From positions 1-53,394 of the forward strand of contig JAOTWE010000001.1 of assembly GCA_029863065.1 (NCBI GenBank): a DNA stretch of 53,394 bases, in the 5' to 3' direction. A model generated the notes under the pieces. The model was given only the letters and a program-made list of their open reading frames with translations, was not told the DNA's origin and searched no databases. This document shows positions 50,853-53,394 of this stretch, piece by piece. A program made the position numbers and the translations under genes. Positions within the stretch are counted from its first letter, which is position 1. The number at the start of each line of letters is the position of its first letter. The stretch is from Betaproteobacteria bacterium (lineage in GTDB: Bacteria > Pseudomonadota > Gammaproteobacteria > Burkholderiales > SG8-39).

Positions 50853-52067
50853 TCAATTCTTCCTTCGAAGCACCCTGAGCTGGCGGCGCCCGTCGATCCA
50901 ACTGGCGAACACCGCGACGTCGCCCCGGGCGGAGACGTCGAAGTCGCTGCACTGGCGGCACTCCGATAATGCGATAAGGCCACTCCGCGTCGAGTAGCGA
51001 AATACCGGATTGTGTCCCCGCTCGTAGGTCTCGCCGAGCCGCAGCAGGAACATCGCTTCCGTGCTCGAGCGGTAACGCAGCTCGAGCAGGGCCCGCTGCA
51101 GAATCCTCGGATAGCGCGCCAGGGGCTCCGGATCGCCTCTTCCGCTCCAGCGGAACAGATACGCGTGCGTGTCGTGCGCGACCGCGAACACGGTCTGGCC
51201 GCCGAGCGTAAATCCGCCGCCCAGCGCGCGCGTGTCCTGCGCGCCCATGGACAGGAGACGGGATCGCGTCTTTCTCTGCGCATCGACGAACCAGACGTCG
51301 TGATCGAAGCCCGCGTAGTCCCGCTGCAGGATGGCCCCGCGCCCGGGGACTTCGACGCAGACGTTGCGCAGGGCGCCCTCGAGGACTTCCGCGGACCAGG
51401 CCGGAAACGCCTCAATCAGCGCGGAGCGCAACGCCGCGAGCCGCGGCGAAGCCGTCAGCGGGTCTTCGTCTTCGCCGAGCTCGCGCGATCGCTCCGAGAG
51501 AATGGCGCCCGTGGCCGCGTCGAAGGCGACCTCGGTCAGTCCCACGTCGCCATCGGCAAGGCCGACCAGCACGCGCGCGCCGTCCAGCCACTCGATGCCC
51601 GATACGAACACCTTGGCGACCCGATACTTCTCCGCCGCCGCCGCACTGAGGAGCGTGCGCCTCGCCTTGGTCGAGAGGTCGACCAGATAGACGGCCGTCC
51701 CCTCGACGCCCTCGCGCACGAACGCATCGGCATAGACCAGGCGCTTGCCGTCGGGCGAGAGCCGGGGGAAAACGAGGTCTCCCTCGGTGACCGAGAGCAC
51801 GGTCCGGTCGAACAGGCTCTGCGCGCGCGCACCGCTGGCCGGTGCGCGCGCGAAGGGATCGTCCGCGGCGGCGATGGGAGCAAACAGGATCGAAGCCGAC
51901 AGGGCGAAATAGCGAATGGCGCAGCGCACGCCGCTCAGGCCCTGACCGAGGCGTCGGCGAGCGCGCGCTTGATGTAGACGGGGTCCTGCGACGGCACGCG
52001 CAGCAGCATCGTGGTCTCGGTGGCCTGCGCCCGCGCGCAGCTTGCTCTCGAGGCGGTTGGGTCGCAT
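50853..52067 (-). CDS. exported/anchored hypothetical protein with TolB-like repeat signature
   Basis: The ATG at 52067 lies 7 nt after GGAGG (52079-52075). An alternative GTG at 51929 sits directly before the hydrophobic signal FALSASILFAPIAAADD. SPDGKRLVYAD is beta-propeller-like. The rest of the 529-aa track ORF is rejected. Confidence 0.5.
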   Translation of the reverse strand: MRPNRLESKLRAGAGHRDHDAAARAVAGPRLHQARARRRLGQGLSGVRCAIRYFALSASILFAPIAAADDPFARAPASGARAQSLFDRTVLSVTEGDLVFPRLSPDGKRLVYADAFVREGVEGTAVYLVDLSTKARRTLLSAAAAEKYRVAKVFVSGIEWLDGARVLVGLADGDVGLTEVAFDAATGAILSERSRELGEDEDPLTASPRLAALRSALIEAFPAWSAEVLEGALRNVCVEVPGRGAILQRDYAGFDHDVWFVDAQRKTRSRLLSMGAQDTRALGGGFTLGGQTVFAVAHDTHAYLFRWSGRGDPEPLARYPRILQRALLELRYRSSTEAMFLLRLGETYERGHNPVFRYSTRSGLIALSECRQCSDFDVSARGDVAVFASWIDGRRQLRVLRRKN

Positions 52068-52147
52068 GCCATGGCCTCCGTCGGTGCGGCGACTATAGCA
52101 AGCGGCCTGGGCGGGCACCTGGTTATCACGGGTCCAGCCGCCGCGAA

Positions 52148-52771
52148 TCAGCCGGTGCGCGCCCGGGCCTGCGCCAGCGCGCGCGGCCGGTGCAGGTAGG
52201 CGTGGCTGCCGGCGTCGATCAGAGTCTTGAGCGCCACCAGCGCCAGCAACGCTGCCATCGGCGCATTCCACTCCTTCACCAGGAAGCCGCCCACGAACAA
52301 CCACAGGTGCATGACGACGACCCGGCCATACGGTCGCCCCATCAACGTCTTGTTGTTCGCCGCCAGGCGCTCGCCGCCGATCAAGTAGTGCGTGACGAAC
52401 GACAGGCCGTGCGATGCCGCGAGTGCGAGCAGCGGCCACCATAGGCGCGGGGGAAACAGCAGTTCCGGCATTGCGATCGCGTCGAATAGCGCGAAGCCGC
52501 CCCCCGGCGCGGGCCAGCCCGAAGGCGCGCCCGGAAAGCCGAAGACGTCGACCAGGAACACCATGTGCCCCAGGCAGAAGATCCCGTAGTGGGCCGCGAA
52601 GAACAAGCCGAGGCCCAGCTTTTCTTCGGCGCCGAGCGAGTGCGCCGCCGCGATGCGCAGCAGGTTGTAGCAGCCGATGACCAGGTTCTCGAGCCAGTAG
52701 CAGAACACGACGTCGGCCACGTCCCAGACGCCGGCGAAGACCAGCCCAAGCGGCAGCAGGTTGGCGAGCAA
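52148..52771 (-). CDS. polytopic membrane protein (DUF6498-like, from memory)
   Basis: TTG start. LLANLLPLGLVFAGVWDVADVVFCYWLENLVIGCYNLLRI is followed by several TM helices. Confidence 0.55.
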   Translation of the reverse strand: MLANLLPLGLVFAGVWDVADVVFCYWLENLVIGCYNLLRIAAAHSLGAEEKLGLGLFFAAHYGIFCLGHMVFLVDVFGFPGAPSGWPAPGGGFALFDAIAMPELLFPPRLWWPLLALAASHGLSFVTHYLIGGERLAANNKTLMGRPYGRVVVMHLWLFVGGFLVKEWNAPMAALLALVALKTLIDAGSHAYLHRPRALAQARARTG

Positions 52772-52857
52772 GAGCGCCGCAAGGCTCAGGCGGGTCGCGC
52801 CGCGCGCGCGCTCGACCGGCCGCGGAGGCCCACCAGTGGCGGCTTTCGACGTCTGGC

Positions 52858-53082
52858 TCAGGCTTCCAGCGGACGCAGGCGGGCGATCATGTCATTCCAC
52901 GCCTCGATGGCTTCGGCAATGGCGGCGGCTTCGTCCCTGCCCTCGGCCGGAATCGCGGGACCGAGCTGCCCGCAGGCGGGACAAGTCACGCGGTAGACGA
53001 TTTCGTCGCGTCCATCGGCGCCGCGGCGGGTGCCGCGCCGCACATCGGCTTCGGCGCCGCAGGTGCAACGTCGCTGTCGCAC
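52858..53082 (-). CDS. small zinc-ribbon protein (Lar-like; tentative)
   Basis: CTCG...CPACG provides four Cys, and the C-terminal AIAEAIEAWNDM resembles the Lar-family tail. It has a GTG start and no clear RBS. Confidence 0.3.
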   Translation of the reverse strand: MRQRRCTCGAEADVRRGTRRGADGRDEIVYRVTCPACGQLGPAIPAEGRDEAAAIAEAIEAWNDMIARLRPLEA

Positions 53083-53116
53083 GAATCAGCCCGTCGCCCA
53101 ATGGGCCGGCGCCGGG

Positions 53117-53314
53117 CTACTTGTCGGCGTTGGCGGCGCGTTCCTGCATCTGCTGCATCGCGCCGTCGATTCTCTGTTGCGCCCGCTGCATGGTTCTCTG
53201 GCCCTGCTGCAGCTCCTGCTTCTTGAGCGAAGCGGCGGTCGCCGCGGTGCTGGCGGTTTCCAAGCCGCATCCGGCAAGCGCGGCGGCTACGGCGGCTGCG
53301 ACTAGCATTCTCAT
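53117..53314 (-). CDS. small lipoprotein
   Basis: The ATG at 53314 is preceded by GGAGG. The lipobox is LAGC within MRMLVAAAVAAALAGCG. The mature part is Gln-rich. Confidence 0.55.
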   Translation of the reverse strand: MRMLVAAAVAAALAGCGLETASTAATAASLKKQELQQGQRTMQRAQQRIDGAMQQMQERAANADK

Positions 53315-53394
53315 GGCTGACCTCCGCAAAAGGGTAAGTCCGGACACGTTACGCCCCTGCGCGGCGTCGCGCTGCCAATTCATTCACACTGCGC

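Noticed and set aside
1-53394. A scan for CRISPR arrays, rRNA genes, intact insertion sequences, integrases and recognisable phage-defence systems.
   Set aside because: I found no regularly spaced repeats, no rRNA-like conserved strings, and no intact transposase, integrase or defence-gene signatures. Only the degraded Fic and IS91-like relics were seen.

Overview
This is a 53.4-kb high-GC proteobacterial-type chromosomal segment. 60-nt lines I hand-counted in backbone genes give about 70 % G+C. I can support about 60 genes and saw no rRNA, tRNA or CRISPR array. Many long Arg/Ala/Pro-rich ORFs in the six-frame track are shadow frames and were discarded.

Backbone, in order:
- A YbfB-type MFS transporter.
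- 1.9-7.5 kb: an accessory mosaic holding a Fic pseudogene, an exported alpha/beta-hydrolase, an IS91-like relic, two relic copies of the 3' end of a quinone-oxidoreductase gene, and a low-GC arsR-arsM island.
- 7.6-10.9 kb: acyl-CoA dehydrogenase, enoyl-CoA hydratase and a family-III CoA-transferase.
- 11.0-12.9 kb: an SDR and an MDR reductase.
- 22.85 down to 14.57 kb: a long minus-strand CoA-pathway operon whose gene content matches the bad/ali cyclohexanecarboxylate route, with pathway genes from 22.16 kb downward. It is followed downstream by a Grx-DinB gene and a MAPEG gene.
- 22.9-27.5 kb: a divergent Liv-type ABC importer.
- A CBS protein, TspO, a haem-barrel protein and a methyltransferase.
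- 30.6-34.7 kb: a four-gene operon with a TLC-like transporter, a Tat-signal AKR, a Tat-signal Rossmann reductase and an MFS.
- An MBL hydrolase with a CMD protein, an MFS, and an EmrAB-type pump.
- 40.6-44.7 kb: a four-gene 2-oxoacid:ferredoxin oxidoreductase operon with a GltD-like NAD(P)H module fused to the delta ferredoxin.
- 45.9-48.3 kb: a lower-GC block.
- An acyl-CoA desaturase, a GNAT, a YHYH protein and several exported or membrane hypotheticals.

Best leads:
1. The ArsR-controlled arsM module, which carries two mini membrane proteins and a membrane-anchored pentahaem cytochrome c.
2. An in-frame TGA exactly at the first Cys of a Grx-type CxxC motif fused to a DinB domain. This is either selenocysteine or a very recent pseudogene.
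3. The operon linking a nucleotide-transporter-like gene to two Tat-exported NAD(P)-type oxidoreductases.

All functional calls rest on motif and family recognition by eye. No searches were run.
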